Below, piece after piece: positions 9,458-19,385 of a stretch of 64,000 bases of DNA. The position numbers were made by a program, and so were the translations under genes. Position 1 is the first letter of the stretch. Each line of letters opens with the position of its first letter. The stretch is from a virus: positions 1 to 64,000 of IMG/VR virus record IMGVR_UViG_3300033153_008183. One strand, given 5' to 3'. The notes under the pieces are model-generated. The model did not search any database, had not been told where the DNA came from, and worked only from the letters and a program-made list of their open reading frames with translations.

Positions 9458-10429
9458 ATGGTAGAGATTAATCGGGACCTTAGAGCCGATAAGCAGATCA
9501 ATAAGAATCTGTTGGATGAAGAAGCAGAGATGCAGCCTTATATCTATGGTGAATGGGCAGAACTTGTTGTTCAAGCTAAAGAAGATGCTGACAAAGCTAA
9601 ACTAACACTGGACAAAGTGAAATCTGAAAGATTCATGTTCCATAAAACACCGGATGAACCAGGAGAAAAACCTGCTACAGATAAAATGGCTGAACATCTT
9701 GTAAATTCTGATCCGGAAGTTATGAAAGCTCATAAAGCTTATATCGCTGCAAATAAAGTTTTAGGTTTCTGTAAAGTAGCGGAAGAAGCTATGCAGCAAA
9801 AAAGAAGTATGATCAAAATCCTTACAGAACTTCATACTACAAAATATTTTGTAAAAGAAGAAATGGGTGTTGATGTCCGGGAGAATAAGAGAAAAACCAA
9901 AGATGCTGCAAATACTTCTATGGATGAAAATGTTTCTGAAATGAATAAGAAGCGAAAGAAGAAAAAGAAACTTCCTAAACCTGAACCGATTGTCATTGAA
10001 GAAGATGAGGAAGATGATGATTTATACGGTGATACTTTGGATGAAGATGAAGAACTTTATGATGAGACAGAAGGTATTGGAACTGTTGATCCGGAACTTG
10101 AAGAAGATGAAGAAGATCTTGATGTAGATATGGAAGAAGAAGAGGAAGAAGTTGTTACTCCTCCCAAAAACAAAAGAGTTGTTAAAAAAGGTGTGGATAA
10201 AAAGCTTACAGCTAAGAAAGCACCTAAGAAAAGAACCGTCAAGGAACAGGCTGCTCTTAATCAGATTGAAGGTAAAAGACTTCAAAAAGAAATAGCTGAT
10301 AAAAAGAAAACTGAAAAACCTAAAGGTAAGTGTCCTCATGGTTATGAGTTTGGTACATCTTTCGGGTTAGAACCTGAATGTGATGAATGTGAAATAGATA
10401 ACGTCTGCTTTAAAGCAAGATCTAAATAA
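9458..10429 (+). CDS. UvsY-like recombination mediator with acidic/basic tail and C-terminal Cys domain
   Basis: Helical N-domain (NLLDEEAEMQP...KPATDKMAE...QQKRSMIK); sits before the SSB and RecA-like genes. Confidence 0.6.
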   Translation: MVEINRDLRADKQINKNLLDEEAEMQPYIYGEWAELVVQAKEDADKAKLTLDKVKSERFMFHKTPDEPGEKPATDKMAEHLVNSDPEVMKAHKAYIAANKVLGFCKVAEEAMQQKRSMIKILTELHTTKYFVKEEMGVDVRENKRKTKDAANTSMDENVSEMNKKRKKKKKLPKPEPIVIEEDEEDDDLYGDTLDEDEELYDETEGIGTVDPELEEDEEDLDVDMEEEEEEVVTPPKNKRVVKKGVDKKLTAKKAPKKRTVKEQAALNQIEGKRLQKEIADKKKTEKPKGKCPHGYEFGTSFGLEPECDECEIDNVCFKARSK

Positions 10430-10444
10430 TTAAGGAGAATAATT

Positions 10445-11593
10445 ATGGCTACAAAAAAGAAGAAACATAGAAGAGTCGGAACTGAAAGAGTAGAGTCTCA
10501 TGTTAGTACCAATAATGCCAGGGGGATGTCATCTTACACTGGAGTCTTTGATTTTAAAAAATTGAAGAAAAAACCTGAAGTATTCAAAGTTACCAGAGGT
10601 AAATCCAACAGATTTAATATCATTCCCTTTGAAATCAAAACTAATCTCTTTCCAAAAGTAGCTTCCGGGGATTTATCAATCGGAGACCTGCACTATGCCA
10701 TGGAATATTATGTCCATAAGAGTGTGAATAAATCGAAAGATATTCTTTGTCTGCAGAAGAATTATGGAAAACCCTGTGCTCTCTGTGATGAATCTCGTAA
10801 TCTCTGGGATGAACATAATGAAACCGGCAGTGAAAAAACAAAGAAATTAGCTATTGCTCTGGGAGCTAAAAGAAGAGCTGTCTATAATGTTAAACCTGTA
10901 AACGGTGAAGATAAAGGTAAGATCATGTTTTATGAAGCTTCCACATATATCTTCGGTGATGAACTTGCAGAAGCTGCAAAAGAATGTGCGGATGGTGAAG
11001 GTGTAGTTGCTTTTTACGAAACAGAAGATGAAGGAAAAATTGTAAAATTTCTGGTCCCTGAAGATAAGAAAAAACCTTTCAAACAATTTTCTTTTATTGA
11101 CAGAAAGAAACCTGTTCCGGATTCTGATATCGATAAAGCTTTTTCCTGGGATGAAGCTCTTGTCATCATGACAAACAAACAGATCAAAGAATTCTACTTT
11201 GGTGAAGATGATGAAGTCACTGATGATGAGGAAGAAGAAGAATTGGAAGAAGAGGAGGAGGAAGAAGGTGACGAGCCTGAATCTGATGATGATGACGATG
11301 ACGAAGATGATGACGAGGAAGAAGACGAAGAAGATGATGCTGACGATGATGATCGCGATAGAGAGGATGACTCTGACGATGATGAAGATGATGACGAGGA
11401 AGAAACCAAACCTGTAAAAAAGAAAAAGAAATCTACTTCCAGTAAATCCAAAACATCTTCCAAAAAGAAATCTTCTGGGGATAAATGTCCTGTTGGTTAC
11501 AAGTTTGGATCTGATTATGGAAAACATACTGAGTGTGATGAATGTGATCTGGAAATAACCTGTTACAAAGCAAAGAAAGCTAAAAAGAAATAA
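10445..11593 (+). CDS. gp32-like single-stranded DNA-binding protein
   Basis: YYVH...CLQKNYGKPCALC zinc site, RRAVYNV and a very long acidic tract. Confidence 0.75.
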   Translation: MATKKKKHRRVGTERVESHVSTNNARGMSSYTGVFDFKKLKKKPEVFKVTRGKSNRFNIIPFEIKTNLFPKVASGDLSIGDLHYAMEYYVHKSVNKSKDILCLQKNYGKPCALCDESRNLWDEHNETGSEKTKKLAIALGAKRRAVYNVKPVNGEDKGKIMFYEASTYIFGDELAEAAKECADGEGVVAFYETEDEGKIVKFLVPEDKKKPFKQFSFIDRKKPVPDSDIDKAFSWDEALVIMTNKQIKEFYFGEDDEVTDDEEEEELEEEEEEEGDEPESDDDDDDEDDDEEEDEEDDADDDDRDREDDSDDDEDDDEEETKPVKKKKKSTSSKSKTSSKKKSSGDKCPVGYKFGSDYGKHTECDECDLEITCYKAKKAKKK

Positions 11594-11612
11594 TCAAATA
11601 ATCATAAAAATC

Positions 11613-11640
11613 AAAGCCCTCTGAAAAGGGGGTTCTTTTT
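11613..11640 (+). terminator. Intrinsic terminator after SSB
   Basis: GCCCTCT-GAAA-AGGGGGT stem followed by a T-rich run. Confidence 0.7.
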
Positions 11641-11654
11641 GAAAGGAGAGAATC

Positions 11655-12035
11655 ATGTCATCAGAAGTTTATCTTAAGACAGGTGAAGCAATGGCTATGG
11701 TTAGACGTTTTAAAGTGGAATACACCATTCAAGCTTTACGTCTGCAGCCATTTGCCTGGAAGAATAAAAAAGACAAACACTGGTATTTCAAACGTGATGA
11801 ACTGATTAGTTTCTTGAAAATAAGAAAAGGAACTTCTAAATGGAAATTACTTCCTTATCCTAAAGACAATAACAGAGTCCGTATGTGGAGAATTATTGCC
11901 TTGAATCGTTTAAGAGTAGCTATTTATCAGAATAAGGATGTAATCCATCATGAAGACTACGAAACCCTCCTTGAACTCCTGGATAGAAAACCAGGTAGAA
12001 TCGGTGATAAAGAAGGAAATAAAAATGAAAACTGA
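11655..12035 (+). CDS. Putative excisionase/MerR-like HTH DNA-binding protein
   Basis: YLKTGEA...HWYFKRDELISFL pattern. Confidence 0.5.
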   Translation: MSSEVYLKTGEAMAMVRRFKVEYTIQALRLQPFAWKNKKDKHWYFKRDELISFLKIRKGTSKWKLLPYPKDNNRVRMWRIIALNRLRVAIYQNKDVIHHEDYETLLELLDRKPGRIGDKEGNKNEN

Positions 12036-13260
12036 GTTTGCTAAAACAGGATGCCATCTCCTTGACCTCTATTTTGGAGGAGGAAGAGGTTTAGGGATCC
12101 CTTATGGAATAGCAATTAACCTCTGTGGTGATTCTGGTAGTGGAAAATCTATGCTTGGAAATGAAATGATTGCTGCTGAATATCATCATAGAAAAGATAA
12201 TTTTGATTGGCAGTATGAAGATGGTGAAAACGGTAATAACTTTGATACTACTGATTTGTATGGTGTTGATATCATGGGTGGTAATTTTTTATTGGATCAC
12301 CCCAAAAAGTTACCTATTAGGCCTACAACAGTAGAAGATATGGATGCCAGACTTTCTATTTTTTTAGAACAATTACCCAAGAAACACTTTGGGATTTATT
12401 TTGTAGATAGTTTAGATTCTCTTACAGATAATGATAAAGTGAAACGTTCAGAAGATAGAAAAGAAGAATATGAAAAAGGTAAGACTTTTGATGAAGGTAC
12501 TTTTGGAATGGCTTCTGCTAAGTTTTTAAGTCAGGAGTTCTTCCGGACCCAAACAGCTAAACTTCAAGGTCGTAAAGTTATACTGGGAATAGTTAGTCAG
12601 GTCCGGGAAGTTATTGGAGCTGGTAAATACCAGAAAAAATTAAAGACCTCTGGTGGAAAAGCTAAAAAACACTGGATGGACATAGAGGTATGGTTTACTC
12701 CTATTAGAGATCTTAAAAATGAAGGTAGTGATTTAGTTAATGGTATTTTTGTAGAAGTAGAAGGTCTCAAATCACGTGATGGTCGAATGAAAAGAAAAGC
12801 CCGGTTTCTTTACTACACTGATTTTGGTATTGATGATGTTGGAACCAGTCTTACTTTTCTTTATGGAATCAGAAGTCCCAGTGGAGAATACCGAAAAAAT
12901 GTAGCTAAAAATATTTCCTGGAATCCTAAAGACACTGATAAACCTGCACCGGATCTTGATGGTGTCACTAAGTGGTTGGAAGCTGATGAAGAACGTTTAA
13001 ATAATTACAGAAATTTCCGAAAAAAAATAGATAAGAAAAGAGCTATTAAAGCCAGCACTGTTATGGAGTTTAAAGAAACTCTTCCAATATTGATTAAATC
13101 ATTTGAAGATTTCTTTGGTGCCCCTTCTGATTTTGATACTCTCAGACTACAGATAATGAAGAATCCAGAAATGAAAAAAGAACTTGATAAAAGAGTCACT
13201 GAGAAATGGGAAGCTATTGAAGCTGCAGCTAAAAGCGGTCTTGGGAGGAAATATAAATGA
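12025..13260 (+). CDS. RecA/UvsX-like recombinase
   Basis: TGCHLLDLYFGGG, GDSGSGKS, FVDSLDSL, SQVRE and SGGKA; start taken at ATG 12025. Confidence 0.88.
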   Translation: MKTEFAKTGCHLLDLYFGGGRGLGIPYGIAINLCGDSGSGKSMLGNEMIAAEYHHRKDNFDWQYEDGENGNNFDTTDLYGVDIMGGNFLLDHPKKLPIRPTTVEDMDARLSIFLEQLPKKHFGIYFVDSLDSLTDNDKVKRSEDRKEEYEKGKTFDEGTFGMASAKFLSQEFFRTQTAKLQGRKVILGIVSQVREVIGAGKYQKKLKTSGGKAKKHWMDIEVWFTPIRDLKNEGSDLVNGIFVEVEGLKSRDGRMKRKARFLYYTDFGIDDVGTSLTFLYGIRSPSGEYRKNVAKNISWNPKDTDKPAPDLDGVTKWLEADEERLNNYRNFRKKIDKKRAIKASTVMEFKETLPILIKSFEDFFGAPSDFDTLRLQIMKNPEMKKELDKRVTEKWEAIEAAAKSGLGRKYK

Positions 13261-13490
13261 GAAATCTTACTCAAATAATGCGTGAAAATAATGTAACTGA
13301 TAAACAAATGTACGAAAAATATCAGGCTTTTAGAATTCATATGTCTAAAAATCGTAGTTTCGGTATGTCTATGAGAATGGCTTTCAGTGGTAGTGAACAA
13401 TTTGTTTTAGCTGCTTTGGGATTAAATTATTTAGAAGATGCTTTAATTCATAGAACAGAAGATCCAAAGCAAGGACGGTTATTCTCGTGA
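13257..13490 (+). CDS. Hypothetical protein
   Basis: ATGA/GTGA overlaps on both sides. Confidence 0.6.
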   Translation: MRNLTQIMRENNVTDKQMYEKYQAFRIHMSKNRSFGMSMRMAFSGSEQFVLAALGLNYLEDALIHRTEDPKQGRLFS

Positions 13491-14011
13491 GTGCAATAAT
13501 CGTTGCTATAGACCCAGGCATTTCTGGAGCAATTGCAGTTGTCCGGAGTAGAGAAGTTTTGGAAGTTCATGATCTTCCTATTCTCACTACTCTTAAAACA
13601 ACTAAAACTAAAAGTGGAAAGCAGAAAAAAAATAATGAATTGGATATTGAAGAATTCTTTATAATGTATAAAGACATCTTAAGAACCTGGAGACCCCAAT
13701 TAGTCGTAATAGAAAAGGTGCATAGTATGCCGGGAGAAGGAAATGTTAGTTCATTTTCATTTGGCCAGGGGTTCGGAAGATTGGAAGCTATTATCCGTAC
13801 CGTAGGAGGCACTCCTGTCAGATATATAAGTCCCCAGGAATGGAAGCGACATCATAAACTTATTAAAAAAGGAAAAGATGCCTCTGTGAGTTTATGCCGT
13901 TTACTTTATCCTGGAATGCTAGATATTTTTATGAAGTCAAAAGATGGTAGGGCTGACGCTGTACTTATGGCTGAATACACCAGAGTAATGACTTTCAAGG
14001 AGGGATGGTAA
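13487..14011 (+). CDS. RuvC-like Holliday junction resolvase
   Basis: AIDPGISGA, VVIEKV, FSFG, PQEWK and DGRADA motifs. Confidence 0.88.
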   Translation: MSAIIVAIDPGISGAIAVVRSREVLEVHDLPILTTLKTTKTKSGKQKKNNELDIEEFFIMYKDILRTWRPQLVVIEKVHSMPGEGNVSSFSFGQGFGRLEAIIRTVGGTPVRYISPQEWKRHHKLIKKGKDASVSLCRLLYPGMLDIFMKSKDGRADAVLMAEYTRVMTFKEGW

Positions 14012-15258
14012 TGCTTAAATCACTTAGATTAGTTAATTTCCAGGCTCATATAGATTCCTTTATTGAACTTGATGAAGGAATCACAAGTTTAACCGGAGAA
14101 TCACATGAAGGTAAAACAGCCATTATGAGAGGATTAAACTGGGCTGTAAATAATGAACCTTCCGGGACCGGTTTCATATCCTACTGGGCTAAACATACAA
14201 CTAAAAAGAAAATGGTTGTTATTGATCAACCTTGCAAAGTTGAATGTGTCCGAAAAGATGGTTCTGTTCTTATCCGGGAACGATCTGCAGACTTTAATGG
14301 TTATAGAATTGATGGAAAGGATCTGGCAAGAGCTGGAGTAGGAGTTCCAAGTGAAGTTAAAAATTGGTTTAATATGGGTGAAGTCAATATTCAAAGCCAG
14401 CATGACAGCCTTTTCTTACTACATTCAGGCGGTAAGGGAGGACAGGAAGTGGCAAGGTTTCTTAACTCAGTTGTCAAACTGGATGAAATCCCAAGGGCCT
14501 TATCAGCAATAGAAAGTAAAAAACGATCTACAAAGAAACTGAGAGAGCTTGAGACTGAGAAAATTACTTCCTATGAAAAGAGTATTAAATCTCTTGATTG
14601 GGTTTTGACTACTGAACCTATCTTTAAACGTCTGGAAAAAGTAGAAAAAGATATTGAAAATCTGGAGAATAAAGAAACTGATATTATTGAAGAGATTGAA
14701 AATTATGATGGTTTACAGGGAATTCTTGAGATTCATTCCTGGAGTAAAGAAGTTTCTCTTTTAGTTGAGAGATGGTTACTACTGTATAACAAAAAATATC
14801 ATTTAACTGAAGATGAATATTCTATGGATCTTTCTCTTACTACTTTTAAAGGCAATCAACAGTATCTTAAAGAACATAATTGGCTTCCTGAAGCTAAAAA
14901 GACTATTTCTGAAATTAAAGAAATTGAAAATGAAATAGGGTTCTCTACTCTTCATATTCAAAACATTGAGCAGCGAATAACTAAATATGATACAGATGCT
15001 CTTTTTCTTGAAAAGAATAAACCCTGGTTGGAAGATGCTCATGATAAAATTATGCAATTAGAGATGCTAGATCACACTATTGTAGAATTAAGGAATAAAA
15101 AAACTCTAATCAATAATACTTTATTTGATGTAAAAGAATATGAGGTAGAATTAAAAGACAATTACAAAAACATTAAAATAAATAAAAAATTACTACCAGA
15201 TGTCTGTTTGCTTTGTGGTGCTCCTGTAAAAGAAGGTAAATATGAAAATAGCCGTTAG
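14005..15258 (+). CDS. Rad50/SbcC N-terminal half (Walker A, coiled coil, zinc hook)
   Basis: NFQAH, GESHEGKT, Q-loop QSQHD and terminal CLLCG; no Walker B. Confidence 0.85.
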   Translation: MVMLKSLRLVNFQAHIDSFIELDEGITSLTGESHEGKTAIMRGLNWAVNNEPSGTGFISYWAKHTTKKKMVVIDQPCKVECVRKDGSVLIRERSADFNGYRIDGKDLARAGVGVPSEVKNWFNMGEVNIQSQHDSLFLLHSGGKGGQEVARFLNSVVKLDEIPRALSAIESKKRSTKKLRELETEKITSYEKSIKSLDWVLTTEPIFKRLEKVEKDIENLENKETDIIEEIENYDGLQGILEIHSWSKEVSLLVERWLLLYNKKYHLTEDEYSMDLSLTTFKGNQQYLKEHNWLPEAKKTISEIKEIENEIGFSTLHIQNIEQRITKYDTDALFLEKNKPWLEDAHDKIMQLEMLDHTIVELRNKKTLINNTLFDVKEYEVELKDNYKNIKINKKLLPDVCLLCGAPVKEGKYENSR

Positions 15259-16117
15259 TGCAGATCTACATCTCCGGAGAGATCGTCCCAGAGTTAGAAT
15301 AGATGAAGATTGGATTCAATCACAAAGAGATAACGTAATAGAACTTTTGTTAAAATGTGTTGAACTTGATATCGATATGCTTATATTAGCCGGAGATATC
15401 CTTGATTCTTCTAATCAACCTCCTTGGGTAGTAGATATTCTTCCTCAAGCTATGCAGGAAGTATTTGATGCTAAACAATCTCTCCCAGAGGTCCATATTA
15501 TCCCCGGAAACCATGATTTACAGCATCACCAGTATGCTAACTTGTCAAACAGCAGTATAGGGAACTTAATGAGAATGAAAGGCGTGACGGCCCATGGTGT
15601 AAATGAACGATTTGAGAATACTGATTTCTTAGAAGAATTTGGTATTGTAGTTGTACATAGATTGATAATGCCGGATGCTAATGAATCATTAGCTAGATTA
15701 GCGAATGCAGAAATAGCTGCTGATGTAATAGAATCCTTTCCTACTGCCAAATATATTCTCACAGGAGATTATCATAAACATTATATAGAAATATATGAAG
15801 ATACCATTCTTTTTAATCCAGGATGCCTCAATAGGCAAAGTGCAGATGAAAAAGATTACGAAGTAGGTTTCTATGTTTTCGATACTAAAGATAGTAGTTA
15901 TGGTTTTATTCCATTAGAAAGTGATGATGTCACTATGATTGATGATTCCTATTTAGTAGAACAACATGCAAGGGAAGATTCATTAACAGCTTATGCAGAA
16001 CAATTAGCTAGTTCCCATGGGATGTCTTTTGATCTCTGGGAAGTAGTAAAAGAACTGTCAGTAGATAGTTCACAACTTGAAAAAAATATATTAGAAGAGG
16101 TGCGGATTAATGTCTAA
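15242..16117 (+). CDS. Mre11/SbcD metallophosphoesterase nuclease
   Basis: ADLH, AGDI, GNHD, GDYH and NPG motifs. Confidence 0.92.
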   Translation: MKIAVSADLHLRRDRPRVRIDEDWIQSQRDNVIELLLKCVELDIDMLILAGDILDSSNQPPWVVDILPQAMQEVFDAKQSLPEVHIIPGNHDLQHHQYANLSNSSIGNLMRMKGVTAHGVNERFENTDFLEEFGIVVVHRLIMPDANESLARLANAEIAADVIESFPTAKYILTGDYHKHYIEIYEDTILFNPGCLNRQSADEKDYEVGFYVFDTKDSSYGFIPLESDDVTMIDDSYLVEQHAREDSLTAYAEQLASSHGMSFDLWEVVKELSVDSSQLEKNILEEVRINV

Positions 16118-16397
16118 AGAAATGAGTATCGAAGAAGTTGAACAATTACAGAGTAAAATAACTGAATTAACCACAGAATGTGCAGAAACTGAAGGAGCTA
16201 TCAAACAGATTAAAGCTCAATGGAAATCGGAGTATGGTTGTGACACTAAAGAAGAAATGGAAACTCTCCAGAAAGAGACTGCAGAACGTATCAGTATGCT
16301 TCAAGTAAAACGTGAGGGACTCACAGCTAAAATTCAGGAGATTGTTCCGGAAGATATCTTAGATGAAATAATGGATGAAGAAGATGAAGAAGATTAA
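16110..16397 (+). CDS. Coiled-coil protein, probable middle piece of the split Rad50/SbcC
   Basis: Heptad pattern; located between SbcD and the SbcC C-terminal half. Confidence 0.6.
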   Translation: MSKEMSIEEVEQLQSKITELTTECAETEGAIKQIKAQWKSEYGCDTKEEMETLQKETAERISMLQVKREGLTAKIQEIVPEDILDEIMDEEDEED

Positions 16398-16569
16398 AAT
16401 TATAGAAGCTTTAACAACAATTAGACCCATTGCTGAAGCTCTTAATGTTTCACAAGAAGAAATAACAACTTTAATAGGTAGACTCACTGAAATGTCAAAT
16501 AGAGGAATTTCAGGAGCCGAAGCTGGAAAACAACTTAGAAAAGAATTAAAGGAATTACAAAGTGAATAA
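16375..16569 (+). CDS. Small protein resembling one tape-measure (PhageMin_Tail) core repeat
   Basis: EALTTIRPIAEALNVSQEE...GISGAEAGKQLR aligns by eye with this phage's TMP segment SALANIGPAGRLAGLSVEQ...GLAGEESGTMVR. Confidence 0.5.
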   Translation: MKKMKKIKIIEALTTIRPIAEALNVSQEEITTLIGRLTEMSNRGISGAEAGKQLRKELKELQSE

Positions 16570-17185
16570 TCTTAAATTAAGAACTGTATTAGATAAGAAA
16601 AAATATCTCCTGGAAGAAACAGAAAATTATCTGGAACAATCTTCATTGAAGAAAGCTAAACTAAGTAAGAAATTAGAAGCTATTGAAAAAGCTCAATTGA
16701 TCATTCAAACTGCTGCTCATCAAATTGAGAGCAGTATTGCTTATCATCTCTCAGATCTTGTTAATACCCCCCTACAGGCTTTATTCCCAGGGAATGTATT
16801 TGATATTGAATTTACCACAAAGAACAATACCAGCCACGCTGCTATCACTGTGGAGAAAGGTGGAAGCAAACAAGCTCCTTTGGATTCTGCAGGAGGTGGA
16901 CTTGCTGATGTAGTAGCTTTAGGTTTGAGATTAGCTGTATGGAGCATGGGTAAAACAGCTAATCTATTATGCTTGGATGAGCCAGCAAAGAATCTTGATG
17001 TAATTCGCAGTCCTGTAATGACTACACTATTAAAGGATATCAGTGATCAATTGAAGGTGCAGGTCCTTATGAGCACACATAAAGAAGATCAAATTGATAG
17101 TGCTGATAAGGTGTATAAAGTTGTTCAGAAATTTAATAAGAAACTGGGATATAGAATTTCCAGAGTGCATTTGGTGAGAGCTTAA
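16562..17185 (+). CDS. Rad50/SbcC C-terminal half (ABC signature, Walker B)
   Basis: SAGGGLAD, LCLDEP and STH motifs. Confidence 0.85.
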   Translation: MNNLKLRTVLDKKKYLLEETENYLEQSSLKKAKLSKKLEAIEKAQLIIQTAAHQIESSIAYHLSDLVNTPLQALFPGNVFDIEFTTKNNTSHAAITVEKGGSKQAPLDSAGGGLADVVALGLRLAVWSMGKTANLLCLDEPAKNLDVIRSPVMTTLLKDISDQLKVQVLMSTHKEDQIDSADKVYKVVQKFNKKLGYRISRVHLVRA

Positions 17186-17207
17186 AGCAATAAATCCTTA
17201 TGTTTAA

Positions 17208-17756
17208 TTATAAAGATTTATTTAAAATTGCTTTCCCTTTTACTAACCATACTATTCCAAATACACTCATCATAATTGTTTCGATTATTATTGTCGAATA
17301 TCTTATATGTAAAATATATGCTCCCGCCCATAGTACCAAACAAAACATAATAATTATTCCGCTTATCTTATATATTTTATTGTTCTTTTTCCCTTGTGTG
17401 AATTGGAAATATGACATATAAGCGATGGATAAAAAGAATATTACTGCTGCTAATCCATGAATTAAAATGGAATAAGATGAAGGAATTATTGCTACCAGGA
17501 TAATTGAGCTCCCAGAAATAGAAGATACAATATTGTCTTTCAGGTCGTATCCTTTGTAAGTTAAAAGAAAGGCTCCGGTAATTGTAAGTATCGCAACCAT
17601 AATGTCCCTCATTATAGTACGATAATAAGCAGACATCGTTTGTTCTACTTGTCCTGTAACTATAAGAATTACAATTATACATAATGGAGCAAGAAGTATT
17701 CCAAGAATACCAATTGCCTTTCTTAATGTTAAGTAGGAGATTATTTTATTATCCAT
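17208..17756 (-). CDS. Multi-pass membrane protein (DUF998-like)
   Basis: LRKAIGILG...SAYY...L.TYKGY...H..AAVIFF; 5-6 hydrophobic segments. Confidence 0.7.
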   Translation of the reverse strand: MDNKIISYLTLRKAIGILGILLAPLCIIVILIVTGQVEQTMSAYYRTIMRDIMVAILTITGAFLLTYKGYDLKDNIVSSISGSSIILVAIIPSSYSILIHGLAAVIFFLSIAYMSYFQFTQGKKNNKIYKISGIIIMFCLVLWAGAYILHIRYSTIIIETIMMSVFGIVWLVKGKAILNKSL

Positions 17757-18306
17757 TTATATACCCTTCATAAGCTGTTTCTACTTCCTCAATTGTTGTA
17801 GCTGACTCTATAGCATCTTTTACTGTCCAACTATCCTCATAAGTTGTTTTAAGAAATGTATTAAATGCAGATATTAACGTTCTAAAAGTAGTAATATCCA
17901 ATATTGTATAATACACATTCTCTTTAGTTCTCCAATCAAGAGGAAATATATCTACTCCATCCATGTGTCTTACATAGTACATCTGCAATCTTACTTGAGA
18001 ATAACTATCAGCTCTTATTGTATGCTGTCCCAATGTAAATCCTGCATCCAACCTTTGAAGTCTTATGTCACTTACCCTTATTTGATAATTTGTTTTTGTA
18101 GCCTCAAGAGTTAATATCCATTCTTCATTGATAGAATCCCATTCAAAATCATCACCGGGGGAAAGCGGTACTTCTTGTTCTATTTCTTCACCATCTAAAA
18201 TCCTTTGTTGAACTTCAGACCAATATTCTTCATCTGTATCAATTACATGATAAGGCATATTATTTACTTCAATTACATATGTTCCGTCTTTTCTTGTATA
18301 TATCAT
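17749..18306 (-). CDS. Tail fibre assembly-like protein (DUF4376-like)
   Basis: WRTKENVY...KDAIESATTIEEV; directly downstream of the fibre gene. Confidence 0.65.
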   Translation of the reverse strand: MIYTRKDGTYVIEVNNMPYHVIDTDEEYWSEVQQRILDGEEIEQEVPLSPGDDFEWDSINEEWILTLEATKTNYQIRVSDIRLQRLDAGFTLGQHTIRADSYSQVRLQMYYVRHMDGVDIFPLDWRTKENVYYTILDITTFRTLISAFNTFLKTTYEDSWTVKDAIESATTIEEVETAYEGYING

Positions 18307-18316
18307 TTATTCCTCC

Positions 18317-19375
18317 TTATCCTGATATTTTAGTTACAGCAGCTATAAAATTTGTGCTTACTGTTGAATCACCGGAAACCATTATTGTTTCCCCTGCAGT
18401 CGCTGTCCCTCCTGTTCCATAAATAGAACTAGATGTTACAGTAGGATCCTTATCAATAGATAAAATTATCCACTCATACGTCCCTCCTGATGGAAGTTTT
18501 ATATTATAAGAAGTATTTGAAGAAATAGACACTCCTACTATAACTGTTTGCCCCACCGTCATTGCAGGCATAGTATATGCTGAGGCTATAAGTACATGAA
18601 TCACTTTAGTTTGATCATAAGCCTCAAAATCACCTAATCCAGTATTTATAGAAGGGCAATTCACTATTCCAAATGTTACTTCATCATTAGTATCCAATCC
18701 AAGCATTGTCCTGACTTGTGAATTAGTAAGTTCTTCTACAACACCATTCGCACCAGATACTCTTCCAAGAAGCCTTTCATCAAGAACTACATTCTGCATT
18801 TTTGTATATGTCACAGCATCATTCTGTACCATTCCTGTAGCCACTTTTAATGCTCCTATTGTTAATTCGGCACTTCCTGTAACATCTCCAGTGTGATTTG
18901 CATTGGTTACTTTTCCATTATTAGTAACTACATCTGAATGTTCACTACCATCACGAGTCTTATGTGCAGTATTATCTGCAACTGCTGAAGTAAAATCAGT
19001 ATTAGGTACCGCACTTAATCCTACTTGTGTTTTAGTTACATCATGAGGATCATCAGTTAATCCTCTATGATCAGTATTATTAGATACAGGTGTAGTGAAA
19101 TCAGTATTAGGTACAGCACTTAATCCTACTTCTGATTTTGTTACATCATGAGGATTTCCTTCAACTACACCTCTATGAGTAGTATTTGCTTCTACATCAC
19201 TATGGCTCGTAATCCAACTTGTCAACCAACTCTTAAAATTAGCCCATGTCCATTTTCTATCTATCAAAACTGGAGTAGCTTCGGAAGGGAGTGCAACATA
19301 AACTATAGCATCATCCGGAAGATCAGCCGGAAGCACTACATCATAATCTGTTATTCTTTTAAATCCACCAGCCAT
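18317..19375 (-). CDS. Tail fibre
   Basis: Repeated NPHDVTKxxVGLSAVPNTDFT; HTGDVTGS and AVTYTKMQ motifs; follows the baseplate genes. Confidence 0.8.
   Translation of the reverse strand: MAGGFKRITDYDVVLPADLPDDAIVYVALPSEATPVLIDRKWTWANFKSWLTSWITSHSDVEANTTHRGVVEGNPHDVTKSEVGLSAVPNTDFTTPVSNNTDHRGLTDDPHDVTKTQVGLSAVPNTDFTSAVADNTAHKTRDGSEHSDVVTNNGKVTNANHTGDVTGSAELTIGALKVATGMVQNDAVTYTKMQNVVLDERLLGRVSGANGVVEELTNSQVRTMLGLDTNDEVTFGIVNCPSINTGLGDFEAYDQTKVIHVLIASAYTMPAMTVGQTVIVGVSISSNTSYNIKLPSGGTYEWIILSIDKDPTVTSSSIYGTGGTATAGETIMVSGDSTVSTNFIAAVTKISG
18993..19152. repeat. Internal tandem repeat in the tail fibre (~105-bp period)
   Basis: aaatcagtattaggtac(c/a)gcacttaatcctactt occurs twice. Confidence 0.8.
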
Positions 19376-19385
19376 AATTTATCTC

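Noticed and set aside
10022-11527. Ser/Phe/Ile-rich antisense and alternate-frame ORFs over the UvsY-like and SSB genes
   Set aside because: Shadows of GAA/GAT acidic tracts; no RBS and low complexity.
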